Positions 9,858 to 19,181 of a DNA stretch of 33,645 bases are shown in pieces. The DNA is from an uncultured Lachnospiraceae bacterium (GTDB taxonomy: Bacteria > Bacillota > Clostridia > Lachnospirales > Lachnospiraceae). The stretch spans positions 1-33,645 of the forward strand of contig CAMWJQ010000001.1 in the NCBI GenBank assembly GCA_947174615.1. Direction: 5' to 3'. Below the pieces are notes generated by a model. That model was not told the DNA's origin and did no database searches. It saw nothing but the letters and a program-made list of their open reading frames with translations. The translations under genes were made by a program, and so were the position numbers. The number at the start of each line of letters is the position of its first letter. Positions within the stretch are counted from its first letter, which is position 1.

Positions 9858-10025
9858 TGGCAGTTTGACTTGCCTATTTTCCTGATAGCACTACGCTTCA
9901 AGCTTCGACACAGCCACCGCTGCGCCTGCGATTGTGAAGCAGCACTCTCAGTAAAATATTCTGCGCCAAATTTTGGAGATATGGTCATAATAAGTAGTCT
10001 GTCGAATCCATTAAAAAGAATGTTT

Positions 10026-10059
10026 CAGTGCCTTGACTGAAAATCTCGTCAAGGCACTG
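10026..10059. terminator. Probable bidirectional intrinsic terminator between convergent genes
   Basis: Perfect 12-bp inverted repeat CAGTGCCTTGAC / GTCAAGGCACTG with a 10-nt loop, followed by TTTATATTTTT on the + strand. Confidence 0.75.
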
Positions 10060-10069
10060 TTTTATATTT

Positions 10070-10993
10070 TTACTTCTGATATACAGTCCCTTTCATATCA
10101 ACTATATATACCGTCTGATCTTCTCCCAAGCAGGAACTGCGCACCCCATCACAGGGAAGTTCACTGTCAAAATGCCAGCTTTCTCCGCCATCCTTGGTTA
10201 CAAATAGCTTGTAGACAGCAGTTTCATGCACGACTTTGAGCAAAATCATACCATCTTGGGGATTCTTTTGGCTGTAAATCGGCGCCAATGCGTCTACATA
10301 TCCCACATGCTCTGTCCGTGGAAAAATCTCAACAGGTTTCCAAGTCTTTGCGTTGTCTGAAGATTGATACAGATAGTTGTCTATACCGTGATAAGTGACG
10401 GCGATCTGTATTGTACCGTCCTTTACTGCGGTGATTCCCTGTGGGTATCCTGCGATTGTGTCTGTCAGATCATTCAGAAAAGTATAGCTGTTTCCGGCAT
10501 CGTTTGTGGAATACAGCATTTTTTTCATCTGTCCCATTGCCGGGGTAGAACAGTGCAGAAGATAACCGTGTGTGTTGTCCTCAAAGCATAGGAAAGCACT
10601 GCCGGCGTCGCAGGTTTTGTTGTCATAGGTTAATAGCGTCTGGTTCCAAGTGATGCCGCTGTCATGTGTGGCGTCTATTACTAGATGTTCATTGTTTGAT
10701 GAAAAATAGGCGATATACGCAGTTTGTTCATCCAAAAAGAACGCAGTTGCAAATCCATCGGATGCGGGATTTAGATCGTCTAATGTTTTGACAGGTTCAA
10801 ATGCTTTCAAACCTTGTGTGGTATACAAAACTTCATTTTCAAGAGAGAGTCCCCATGCAGTCCCGTCACTGTACAGTGCCAGCTGCTTGAGCGGATAGGG
10901 AGTGTCTATGCGTTCAAAGTCTGCGCGCTTAAAGAACAGCAGGAACAGAGCGAGGAGCAGGATAGGAAGGATTTTGAGCGCTTTTTTTGTCAT
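10070..10993 (-). CDS. Exported BNR/Asp-box repeat beta-propeller protein (YCF48/sialidase-like fold)
   Basis: Signal/anchor MTKKALKILPILLLALFLLFF. Four Asp-boxes (THDSGITW, TNDAGNSY, SSDNAKTW, TKDGGESW). RBS AAAGGAGA precedes ATG 10993. Confidence 0.75.
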   Translation of the reverse strand: MTKKALKILPILLLALFLLFFKRADFERIDTPYPLKQLALYSDGTAWGLSLENEVLYTTQGLKAFEPVKTLDDLNPASDGFATAFFLDEQTAYIAYFSSNNEHLVIDATHDSGITWNQTLLTYDNKTCDAGSAFLCFEDNTHGYLLHCSTPAMGQMKKMLYSTNDAGNSYTFLNDLTDTIAGYPQGITAVKDGTIQIAVTYHGIDNYLYQSSDNAKTWKPVEIFPRTEHVGYVDALAPIYSQKNPQDGMILLKVVHETAVYKLFVTKDGGESWHFDSELPCDGVRSSCLGEDQTVYIVDMKGTVYQK

Positions 10994-11040
10994 GGTGAAA
11001 TCTCCTTTCAATGCAGCTTTTCTATATTTGTTTCAAAGAC

Positions 11041-11069
11041 AGTATAGCATATAGAGTTGAAAATCACAA
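11041..11069 (-). promoter_or_regulatory. Putative sigma-A promoter for the BNR gene
   Basis: Minus strand reads TTGTGA-N17-TATACT with an extended -10 TG. Confidence 0.5.
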
Positions 11070-11201
11070 TATTTGTTCGGAGACGTTATAGTTCAGTGTT
11101 TGAAAATCATTCCTACCACCTGCATAACGACGCCAAAGCGCGTTGCCGGTACGTTTTTTCACGGGCTGTTACTCGGAGACAGATATTTTAGCGATAGACT
11201 A

Positions 11202-11230
11202 TTGACATATATAGATTATCGATATATAAT
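11202..11230 (+). promoter_or_regulatory. Consensus sigma-A promoter of the padR operon
   Basis: TTGACA (11202-11207), N17, TATAAT (11225-11230). Confidence 0.85.
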
Positions 11231-11259
11231 GACGAAAAGATATATAGATAATCTATATA
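11207..11259. promoter_or_regulatory. Two palindromic operators, probable PadR autoregulatory sites
   Basis: ATATATAGAT-T-ATCGATATAT (11207-11227, one mismatch) and perfect TATATAGAT-A-ATCTATATA (11241-11259). Confidence 0.7.
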
Positions 11260-11278
11260 ATAATGAAAGGAGAATAGG

Positions 11279-11608
11279 ATGATGGCAATTGACAAATCTT
11301 TGATTTCAGGAAGCACCTCGATGCTGATTCTGCGTCTGTTGGAGGAGAAGGACATGTATGGATATGAGATGATCGAAACGCTGGAGGCAAAATCAAACAA
11401 TGTATTCACGCTCAAGGCAGGGACGCTTTATCCGCTTCTGCATTCTTTGGAGGAAAAAAAGTTCCTTGTCTCGTATGAGAGTGAAGTCAACGGAAAAATA
11501 CGCAAGTACTACAGCATTACAAAGGGCGGTAAAAAGTATCTGAAAAGTAAAAAAGAGGAGTGGCAGGAATATCAGACCGCTGTTTTGAGCGTGTTGAACA
11601 TGGCATAG
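11279..11608 (+). CDS. PadR family transcriptional regulator
   Basis: LILRLLEEKDMYGYEM, GTLYPLLHSLE and RKYYSIT motifs; 109 aa; RBS AAAGGAG. Confidence 0.93.
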   Translation: MMAIDKSLISGSTSMLILRLLEEKDMYGYEMIETLEAKSNNVFTLKAGTLYPLLHSLEEKKFLVSYESEVNGKIRKYYSITKGGKKYLKSKKEEWQEYQTAVLSVLNMA

Positions 11609-11621
11609 GAGGAACTTTCAG

Positions 11622-12950
11622 ATGGAAGAATTTATGAAGACGTTGACGGAACAAATGCGCTGTGTCAAGGCGAGAAACGGTGTGGCACGGGAGCTTACAG
11701 ACCATATTGCGGATCAGGCAGAAGCGTATGAACACGCTGGCATGAAGCATGAGGAAGCTGTCGAGAAGGCGGTGCATGAGATGGGAGACCCTGTGGAGAT
11801 CGGTGTTTCTATGGACAGGATTCACCGACCGCAGGCGGATTGGAAAATGATGCTGCTCACGTTTGTGCTCAGCATTGCAGGGATTTTCTGCATGGTACCG
11901 GTTTATGGTTTGGAGATCGTACCGAAACAGCTTTTGATAATGCTTGCGGCTTTTGCAGTGATTCTCGCAGTTTATTTTATTGACTACAGTATTCTTGGAC
12001 GTATGGGGGTGACTGCATACTTTGTGTTGACTGTATTCTTGTGGCTGACCAAGAATTTTTATTTTCAAATGGTCAATGGGCGCGTACCAGCGATGGCAGT
12101 ACTGGTCTATCTATATGTGCCGGTTTTTGCGGGAATTCTGTATCAACTGCGCAGGAGGGGGTATAGAGCGGTATTGGCGGCAGTCGCAGTGATTGGCATA
12201 ACGATGTTTTTCGCTTTATCTTTTTCAAGTGTTTTGGGTTCAATCTTCAATCTGTATGTGGTTATGATTACAATGACAGGAGCTGCAGCAGCAAAAGGAA
12301 TGTTTGGCAGACAGAAAAAAGGCATGACGGTATTGACCGCGGCTGCCGGTCTTTTGCCGTTGGTCTACGTACTCATTGCTGCGTGTTCCAACAAAAATTC
12401 TTTTCGAATGCGCAGAATCATGGCATTTTTGAATTGGTCTCAATATCAGAATGAAGAGGGGTATTTTTATAAAGTGATTCATGATATTCTTAATCACACA
12501 AAATTAGTGGGCGGAGGGACCATGGAATTTTTAGAACAATATCCGATTGACTCCGCGATGGCAAGCGAGATGATGCCGCTTGTAATTGTCTATCTCTATG
12601 GGTTTATTGTGGGGATTTTGCTTATCGGGCTGCTGGCGCTGTTGCTCGTGCGCGCATTTCTGATCATGTGTGCCCAGAAGAACCAACTTGGTTTTCTGGT
12701 ATCTATGTCGTGTTTTTTGGTGATTTTTCTCAATTGTGTGGAGGGATTTCTTGTCAGTTTTGCGATGCTTCCCCTCACGACGACGACACTTCCCTTTCTG
12801 ACGCGCGGAGCCAGTACTGCGTTTGTCTATGCGGTGTTCATCGGGCTGATTCTGAGTGTCCATCGCTATGAGAAGGTACTGACGGCGGAGTGCTGTGCAA
12901 GCCCGCATGAACCGAAATGGAAACTTTGCATAAAGGTTGAGCGCAGATAA
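11622..12950 (+). CDS. Divergent FtsW/RodA/SpoVE (SEDS) family protein with an N-terminal HAAS (permease-prefix) domain
   Basis: N-terminal ELTDHIADQAEAY...EEAVEKAVHEMGDPVEIG is a HAAS-like helical domain. About 10 TM segments. C-terminal LPLTTTTLPFLTRGAST resembles the SEDS LP-TG-TLPF-SYGGS motif. Confidence 0.8.
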   Translation: MEEFMKTLTEQMRCVKARNGVARELTDHIADQAEAYEHAGMKHEEAVEKAVHEMGDPVEIGVSMDRIHRPQADWKMMLLTFVLSIAGIFCMVPVYGLEIVPKQLLIMLAAFAVILAVYFIDYSILGRMGVTAYFVLTVFLWLTKNFYFQMVNGRVPAMAVLVYLYVPVFAGILYQLRRRGYRAVLAAVAVIGITMFFALSFSSVLGSIFNLYVVMITMTGAAAAKGMFGRQKKGMTVLTAAAGLLPLVYVLIAACSNKNSFRMRRIMAFLNWSQYQNEEGYFYKVIHDILNHTKLVGGGTMEFLEQYPIDSAMASEMMPLVIVYLYGFIVGILLIGLLALLLVRAFLIMCAQKNQLGFLVSMSCFLVIFLNCVEGFLVSFAMLPLTTTTLPFLTRGASTAFVYAVFIGLILSVHRYEKVLTAECCASPHEPKWKLCIKVERR

Positions 12951-12980
12951 ATATTTACGGCAGAATTTATTCCTTACTGT

Positions 12981-13008
12981 TAAGTTTTTTGCGTTTTATT
13001 CCGACATA
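12981..13008 (+). promoter_or_regulatory. Putative sigma-28 (FliA/SigD) promoter
   Basis: TAAG-N15-TCCGACAT compared with consensus TAAA-N15-GCCGATAT, upstream of a flagellar gene cluster. Confidence 0.6.
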
Positions 13009-13099
13009 TACTATAACAAAGTGTATTTATAATAGAACATGAAGCAGTTTCGTACAGGGTGCGGCTGCTCAATATGAACAGAAAGAGTAGGGAATGTGT

Positions 13100-16000
13100 A
13101 TGAAGATTACCGTAGATACGCAGTACTCTGCCTCTGTACCAGTCAATACCGAATCAACTACAACTACATATAAGCCATCCGCTCAGCATACCGGAAAGGT
13201 ATCAAGGAGCGGTTACACACTGGACATCGCTGATAAAGTTATGGAGAACGAAGCATACGGAGGTCATGGAATGACCGCTGATGAGATTATGCAGCAGGCA
13301 GCTAATTCGAATGCTCAATCCAAAAAAGACTTTATGATAGTGATGTCTAGTTGCGTTTCAGGGGAAGATCTTCAAAAGATGCAGGAGGAAGGCTTCAATC
13401 CGGGAAGCGTTGATGTGGAGACTTATGTAACGATTGTAGATCAAATCAAGGTGAAGCTGGCACAGGCAGGAGTCGAAGTTACAGGATACAATGATGATCT
13501 TGATGTGGAGACGGTTGAGGAGATCGTGGGAAGCATAACAGACGCAGGATCGCTGGTGAATCAATTGGCGGGGGCGCTTCAGCAAAGTGACATGCCTGTC
13601 ACAAATGAGAACATTGAAGAGCTGGTGGATGCAGTGATGGAGGCTTCCGGCATCGGAGAGCTCTCTGAGGACGCCATCAAGTATTTGCTGGTCAACCAAA
13701 AGACCCCCACGATTGAGAATATCTATAAGGCGCAGTATTCCAGCACAGAGAACATCCGGCAGTCCCAAGGCTATTACAGTGAGGGACAAGGCAGTTATGG
13801 CAAATATTATGCGAAAAAAGCAGACAGTGTCAACTGGGATAATCTTGAGGGACGGATTGACTCGGTGATCAAAGAGGCAGGGCTTGACAAGGATGCAGCC
13901 GCCAAGGCACAGGCAGTTGAGAATGCCAGATGGCTGATTACATCCGGTATTGAATTCAATGCTGCAGCGCTTTTGAAAGTCACAGAACTCAAAAATCTGC
14001 AGCTTCCGATGAAGCAGGAAGAGATCGCCAATCTGTGTGTCACAGCAATGGAGAACGGCAAGTCACCTGCCGAGGCAGACATGCGGGGGGAACAGTCCCT
14101 TGCCGCAAAGGCGCAGGAAATCATGCAGGAGGTGCAGGAGATCTCTGACGAGGCAGTCCATGAGACTGCTGTATCAGGGAAAGAGATGAACCTCAAGAAT
14201 CTGACGCAGGCACAGCGGCAGATAGAGGAGCAGCAGACAAACAACGCTGAAAAGACGCCGATTGAAGAGCGCGTCATAGAAAAAGGTGCAGAACAGGCAG
14301 CAGCCGATGAGACCGCTTTCAAGGAACTTCAGGCAAAACGTCAGCTTGAGGAAATCCGTCTGATTATGACAGAGGAGGCAAACAGGCATCTGTTGAAAGC
14401 AGGTATCTCCATTGATACGACAGAGCTGTCAAAACTGGTTGATGCGTTGAAGACGGCAGAGGACCGTATGCGCGCCATTCTTTTCCAAGGAGAGAGCACA
14501 GAGGAAAACACGGCGCGTGCATTAATATATGAAGAGACACTGACTAAGACGAAAGAGCTTGCTGACATGCCGGCTGCGGTGATTGGCAAAATTTTGTCTA
14601 AGATTCCTCACAGCACACTGCTTCGTATCCATGAGGCAGGGAAGGAATTACAAAAGAATTTTGAGAATCAGCAGGACACCAAACAGAATCCGAACCAGCA
14701 GGAGAAGGCATCCTCTGCGTATGAGACGCTGATGACAGAGCCGCGCAAGGACCTTGGGGACCGGATTCATAAGGCATTTCGCAATGTAGACGATATCCTT
14801 TCGGATTTAGGATTTGAGACGAGTGAGGCGAACAGGCGGGCAGTCAGAATCCTTGGATACAACCGCATGGAGATTAACGAGGAAAACATCCATGCGGTCA
14901 AGGAGGTCGATGCGCAGGTGACAGGCGTGATCAGCAGAATGACGCCGGCTACAACCCTTCAAATGATACGAGACCAGAAAAACCCGCTTGACATGACAAT
15001 GGAGGAGCTGGATGCGTATCTGAGTGAAAAAGGAATGGAGCCAGAAGCCGATGCGGAAAGGTTTTCTAAGTTTCTGCAGCGGCTTGACAGAAGCGGCGGC
15101 ATTGATGCCAATGAGCGTGAGGCATATATTGGCATTTACAGAATGTTCCGCCAGATTGAGAAATCAGACGGCGCAGTGATCGGAAATTTAGTGGCGACAG
15201 GCGCGCAGATGAACTTTAAAAACATGCTCTCCGCGGTACGGTCAAAAGCAGGAAAAAATATGGATGTGCGTGTGGATGATGGTTTTGGCGGATTAGAAGA
15301 ACTGATCTCAAAGGGCAAGGCGATTGATACCCAGATCAACACAGGATTCCAGAAAGATGCAAGGCAGCAGTCAGACAGTGATTCACAGATGGAGTCTCAG
15401 GAGCGATACTATGCAAGACTCTCCGGTGAGATTAATGAAGAGCTTGCTGAAAAGACCGACTTTACACAATTAGATGCTTCAAAGATTACGGATGAGACGA
15501 CAATTGAAGCCTTTGCAGATACCATAAAAATGACACGTGTGTCAGAAAACAGCGCACAGCGCACAGAAGAAAAAGCTGAAGAGCTAAAGAATTTCAGAGA
15601 TAATATGCGCAGTGTGGAGCAGATTGATGACCAGATTATAGAGTCCCTGATCGAATACGGACAGAGCATCAGCATTGACAATATTCAGGCGGCGTCAAAT
15701 CTTATCTTCGAGCGTGGCTCTCTTTTTCGACAGATTCTTACAGCAAGCGTCGCAAATGCAGAAAATACAGACGATGCTGGCGAGATCGATGGTGCAGAGC
15801 ATGAGACTGCAGACGGCAGCGCGGCAGAACACGACGTACTGCAGCAGGCGAATCATTTTGTGGAGCATTTGACCGATGCCAGACAGGCGGGGACATCCTA
15901 TCAGGAAATCATTCAGGAGGCAAACAAGGCTGTCGAGCAGATGATATATGCAGACGGTTCCTCTCAGATTGACGTGAAGGCTGCCAAGGCATTGTACAAA

Positions 16001-16444
16001 GGATTATCGCTTGCCGGAAATCTCGCGCGGGAAGAGAATTATGAAGTTCCGATGAATATCAGAGGTGAGATTACCTCTGTCAATCTGAAAATATATCACA
16101 ATGCGTCTCAGACTGGGAAAGTTGCCATCACGCTTGATACAGCACAGCTTGGAAAAGTTGCGGCAGAGTTTGATGTCACAAAGGATCGCATATCAGGCAT
16201 GATTGTATATGAGAATAAGGCAGAACAGATGACGCTTGCACAGGTTGAACAGGCTGTGAGACAGGAATTTGGCAGTGCAGGAGAGAAGCGGACAGCGATC
16301 AGTCTGGTGCATACGAGGTCTGTTGATCTCAATAAATTTGGGCAGGACAGAGATCAAAATAATGCAGCGGAGGATACAAAAGTTTCGACAAGCGAATTGT
16401 ATCATACTGCCAAAGCATTTTTGACAGCGCTCAGAGACATATGA
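13100..16444 (+). CDS. Large acidic, helical flagellar-associated protein (DUF6240-like) with a C-terminal FliK-like domain
   Basis: About 1114 aa, Glu/Gln/Ala-rich, no TM segment or signal peptide. C-terminal YEVPMNIRGEITSVNLKI...VAITLDTAQLGKVAAEF resembles the FliK C-domain. Directly upstream of flagellin. Start is 13094 or 13100. Confidence 0.65.
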   Translation: MKITVDTQYSASVPVNTESTTTTYKPSAQHTGKVSRSGYTLDIADKVMENEAYGGHGMTADEIMQQAANSNAQSKKDFMIVMSSCVSGEDLQKMQEEGFNPGSVDVETYVTIVDQIKVKLAQAGVEVTGYNDDLDVETVEEIVGSITDAGSLVNQLAGALQQSDMPVTNENIEELVDAVMEASGIGELSEDAIKYLLVNQKTPTIENIYKAQYSSTENIRQSQGYYSEGQGSYGKYYAKKADSVNWDNLEGRIDSVIKEAGLDKDAAAKAQAVENARWLITSGIEFNAAALLKVTELKNLQLPMKQEEIANLCVTAMENGKSPAEADMRGEQSLAAKAQEIMQEVQEISDEAVHETAVSGKEMNLKNLTQAQRQIEEQQTNNAEKTPIEERVIEKGAEQAAADETAFKELQAKRQLEEIRLIMTEEANRHLLKAGISIDTTELSKLVDALKTAEDRMRAILFQGESTEENTARALIYEETLTKTKELADMPAAVIGKILSKIPHSTLLRIHEAGKELQKNFENQQDTKQNPNQQEKASSAYETLMTEPRKDLGDRIHKAFRNVDDILSDLGFETSEANRRAVRILGYNRMEINEENIHAVKEVDAQVTGVISRMTPATTLQMIRDQKNPLDMTMEELDAYLSEKGMEPEADAERFSKFLQRLDRSGGIDANEREAYIGIYRMFRQIEKSDGAVIGNLVATGAQMNFKNMLSAVRSKAGKNMDVRVDDGFGGLEELISKGKAIDTQINTGFQKDARQQSDSDSQMESQERYYARLSGEINEELAEKTDFTQLDASKITDETTIEAFADTIKMTRVSENSAQRTEEKAEELKNFRDNMRSVEQIDDQIIESLIEYGQSISIDNIQAASNLIFERGSLFRQILTASVANAENTDDAGEIDGAEHETADGSAAEHDVLQQANHFVEHLTDARQAGTSYQEIIQEANKAVEQMIYADGSSQIDVKAAKALYKGLSLAGNLAREENYEVPMNIRGEITSVNLKIYHNASQTGKVAITLDTAQLGKVAAEFDVTKDRISGMIVYENKAEQMTLAQVEQAVRQEFGSAGEKRTAISLVHTRSVDLNKFGQDRDQNNAAEDTKVSTSELYHTAKAFLTALRDI

Positions 16445-16497
16445 CAGCGATTCGGTTAGAGGGCTTATCAGAAGGCTTATAGGAAAGAGGAAAGTGC

Positions 16498-18321
16498 ATG
16501 AGAATTAATTACAACGTTTCATCAATTATAGCAAGAAATGCTTTGAATAATAATGACAAGAGAGTGGCTGCTTCCACACAGAGATTGTCAAGCGGATACA
16601 AGATCAATTCCGCGGCGGACGATGCAGCAGGGCTTGCGATTGCAAGGCGCATGAACGCCCAGATCAAGAGCTTACAGGAGGCGAACAGAAGTGCAAACGA
16701 CGGTCTGTCTGCACTGAATACGGCAGACGGCGCCATGTCAGAAATGCATGATATCTTACAGCGTATGAATGAGCTGGCAATCCAGTCAGCAAACGGAACC
16801 AATGCAGATTCAGACAGAGAGATGATTCAGAATGAGATTGACCAGCTCGTCAATGAGCTGGATAGAATCGCGAACACGACACAGTACAATGCACAGAATC
16901 TGCTGGACGGCAGTTTTGCATACAAGGCATACACCAGTATTGATAACACGAAGGTGATGTCCTACACAGAAGGCGTGTCAACAGGAACTTATATTATCGG
17001 TCAGTTAAAATATTATCACTATGATGAGTTGACAACCCGCTATAAGACAGAGGAGACAAAGATTAAGGATACAGATGGGAAACTCGTCAATGTAACCTAT
17101 GCCTCCACCCAGGTTAAGATCACAGAAAACGAGCGCATCGAAGTGGACAATGATGATAATGTACTGAATGATTCGCTCATAACAAGTTCGTCCCTGGGAC
17201 AGTATTCGACGAATATCACTCAGGCTAAACCATTCCCGGAGGGCTCTAAGGTATCTGTGAAGGATGATAAAATTGTCATCAATGCGCAGGGCAATTTTGA
17301 AATCAAAATCTCAGTGAATGACAGGACGCCCCTTGGCACGGTGACGACGACATCTACGCCCAGCTCAGCTGGAGGCACCGGTGTGGATAGTATTGTGAAA
17401 AAGTATGACAATACGACAATCGCAGGTGGAACCGTTGTCACAACGACTTCATATAGTACAATAAAGACATATCACAATATCGCGGTCGAAGGACCAAATG
17501 GAAAGCGCTACAATATCGGCGAACTGAATTTCTTTAACAATACGGATTCCAACGGAAAAGAGATCTCAGGGCAGGAAATCTATACAGATTTCAGAGGTGA
17601 TAATGGCAGAGGACTCAAGGAAGATTTTGCAGACTTTTTTAAAGAAAAGAATCCTCAGTGTGTGATTGATATTGATTCTGTGGCATGGGACGGGACTTCC
17701 GGTACGTTTGAGATTGCATATACGGCGACGGATTCCAGAACAGGCGCCAAAACGCAGTATACAGAACAATTCACTTTGTATAAGGACACAAACGACTATG
17801 GCGATGTGATGGCGACACAGAAAGGCTTAAATGATTATCTGTACGCTGAGAAACAGATTACCCGAACAGAGTATGTCATTGGAAATAATGACCCCAATGA
17901 CTGTCTCAAGATTGATGTGACAGGCATGGGACCTATGGAGGTACAGGTTGGCGCCAATGAAGGTCAGTTTATGACATTGGATATCCCGGCACTCAATGCA
18001 GTGAACCTTGGCGTGGATAAACTCGATCTCACAACAATGGAATCTGCGCGGCTGTCCATTGATGTCATAGGGGATGCAATCAATGAGCTGTCCTCTGTCC
18101 GCGCAAAGATTGGTGCATACTCAAATCGTCTGGAGCACACGATCACAAATCTGGACACAACAGAGGAAAATATCACAGCCTCCTACTCCCGCATTATGGA
18201 CGTGGATATGGCGACAGAGATGACAGAGTACTCGACAGTACAGGTATTGGTGCAGGCATCCACCTCAATGCTGGCACAGGCGAATGAGAGACCGCAGCAG
18301 GTATTACAATTGATACAATAA
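16498..18321 (+). CDS. fliC: Flagellin with a large central variable domain
   Basis: N-terminal MRINYN...RLSSGYKINSAADDAAGLAI and LQRMNELAIQSANGT. C-terminal RAKIGAYSNRLEH...SRIMDVDMATEM...MLAQANERPQQVLQLIQ. Confidence 0.96.
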   Translation: MRINYNVSSIIARNALNNNDKRVAASTQRLSSGYKINSAADDAAGLAIARRMNAQIKSLQEANRSANDGLSALNTADGAMSEMHDILQRMNELAIQSANGTNADSDREMIQNEIDQLVNELDRIANTTQYNAQNLLDGSFAYKAYTSIDNTKVMSYTEGVSTGTYIIGQLKYYHYDELTTRYKTEETKIKDTDGKLVNVTYASTQVKITENERIEVDNDDNVLNDSLITSSSLGQYSTNITQAKPFPEGSKVSVKDDKIVINAQGNFEIKISVNDRTPLGTVTTTSTPSSAGGTGVDSIVKKYDNTTIAGGTVVTTTSYSTIKTYHNIAVEGPNGKRYNIGELNFFNNTDSNGKEISGQEIYTDFRGDNGRGLKEDFADFFKEKNPQCVIDIDSVAWDGTSGTFEIAYTATDSRTGAKTQYTEQFTLYKDTNDYGDVMATQKGLNDYLYAEKQITRTEYVIGNNDPNDCLKIDVTGMGPMEVQVGANEGQFMTLDIPALNAVNLGVDKLDLTTMESARLSIDVIGDAINELSSVRAKIGAYSNRLEHTITNLDTTEENITASYSRIMDVDMATEMTEYSTVQVLVQASTSMLAQANERPQQVLQLIQ

Positions 18322-18346
18322 TTGAAATGAAAGGTCAGGTATTGAT

Positions 18347-18820
18347 ATGACGAGGGAAATGAAACAGATTTTTACAAGACGCATCACGCAGGCAAATCGC
18401 ACACAGTTGGTGGTGATTCTCTATGATATGGTGCTGGAATATCTAAAGGAAGCCATTGCTGCACAGGAGGTTGATTGTGTTCAGGAATATAAAAAAGATA
18501 TGCAGTGTGCCAGAAACTGTATCTCTGAGCTGAGAAACAGTCTTGATTTTAATTATGAAATCTCGAGAAATCTGTTTGCAATCTACGCGTTTGCCGACAG
18601 AGAGCTTGCGAGTGAGATGCATAGTATCAATAAAGAATCTCTTTCCCAGATCGCGGGTATGTTCCAGAAGCTGCGCGACGCATATCACACCATCAGTAAG
18701 GAGGACCACTCACAGCCGTTGATGCAGAATGCACAGAATGTCTATGCAGGATACACATATGGCAGAACCGATGTCAACGAGAGTCTGTACAGCGGTGCGG
18801 CAAGAGGATACTGCGTATAA
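18347..18820 (+). CDS. fliS: Flagellin chaperone FliS
   Basis: ITQANRTQLVVILYD and ISELRNSLDFNYEISRNLFAIY motifs; immediately downstream of flagellin. Confidence 0.88.
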   Translation: MTREMKQIFTRRITQANRTQLVVILYDMVLEYLKEAIAAQEVDCVQEYKKDMQCARNCISELRNSLDFNYEISRNLFAIYAFADRELASEMHSINKESLSQIAGMFQKLRDAYHTISKEDHSQPLMQNAQNVYAGYTYGRTDVNESLYSGAARGYCV

Positions 18821-18825
18821 AAATC

Positions 18826-18867
18826 ATACAGCATTGCAAGAGTCAGAATTGCAATGCTGTATTTTTT
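18826..18867. terminator. Intrinsic terminator between fliS and the convergent yaaL-like gene
   Basis: Perfect 14-bp stem ATACAGCATTGCAA / TTGCAATGCTGTAT followed by a T-tract, with an A-run upstream. Confidence 0.85.
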
Positions 18868-19181
18868 CATGTAATGGGCTGCTCGACAAGCGATTTGTTC
18901 TCATAGCATTCCGGTGAGTCCATATGGTATTCCTCATAGAGCTGCATCTGCTCTGCCTGTTGTAAGAGGAAGCGATAGCGTTTCAGCGCGGAGTTGACCT
19001 CGTAGATATAACAGTCTATCAGGTCCGGGTCTGTTACATTATCAAATCCAGAGTATGCGATCTCAAGAGCGCACTGTGTCTTTCGGATATCGTCAAGCAG
19101 CATATCGCGTGGTGTGCGCGGCTGTCTTTCTGTATTTACGACAGGGTTAAGTATACCTTTCAGACTGAAATATGTTTTCAT
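18867..19181 (-). CDS. YaaL / DUF2508 family protein
   Basis: LEIAYSGFDNVTDPDLIDCYIYEVNSALKRYRFLL motif. Start set at ATG 19181 behind GGAAAGGA; the 174-aa track ORF is over-extended into AT-rich intergenic DNA. Confidence 0.8.
   Translation of the reverse strand: MKTYFSLKGILNPVVNTERQPRTPRDMLLDDIRKTQCALEIAYSGFDNVTDPDLIDCYIYEVNSALKRYRFLLQQAEQMQLYEEYHMDSPECYENKSLVEQPIT

Noticed and set aside
16462-16497. GGA motifs in the flagellin leader as CsrA sites
   Set aside because: They cannot be distinguished from the ribosome-binding site, and I see no clear hairpin presentation.
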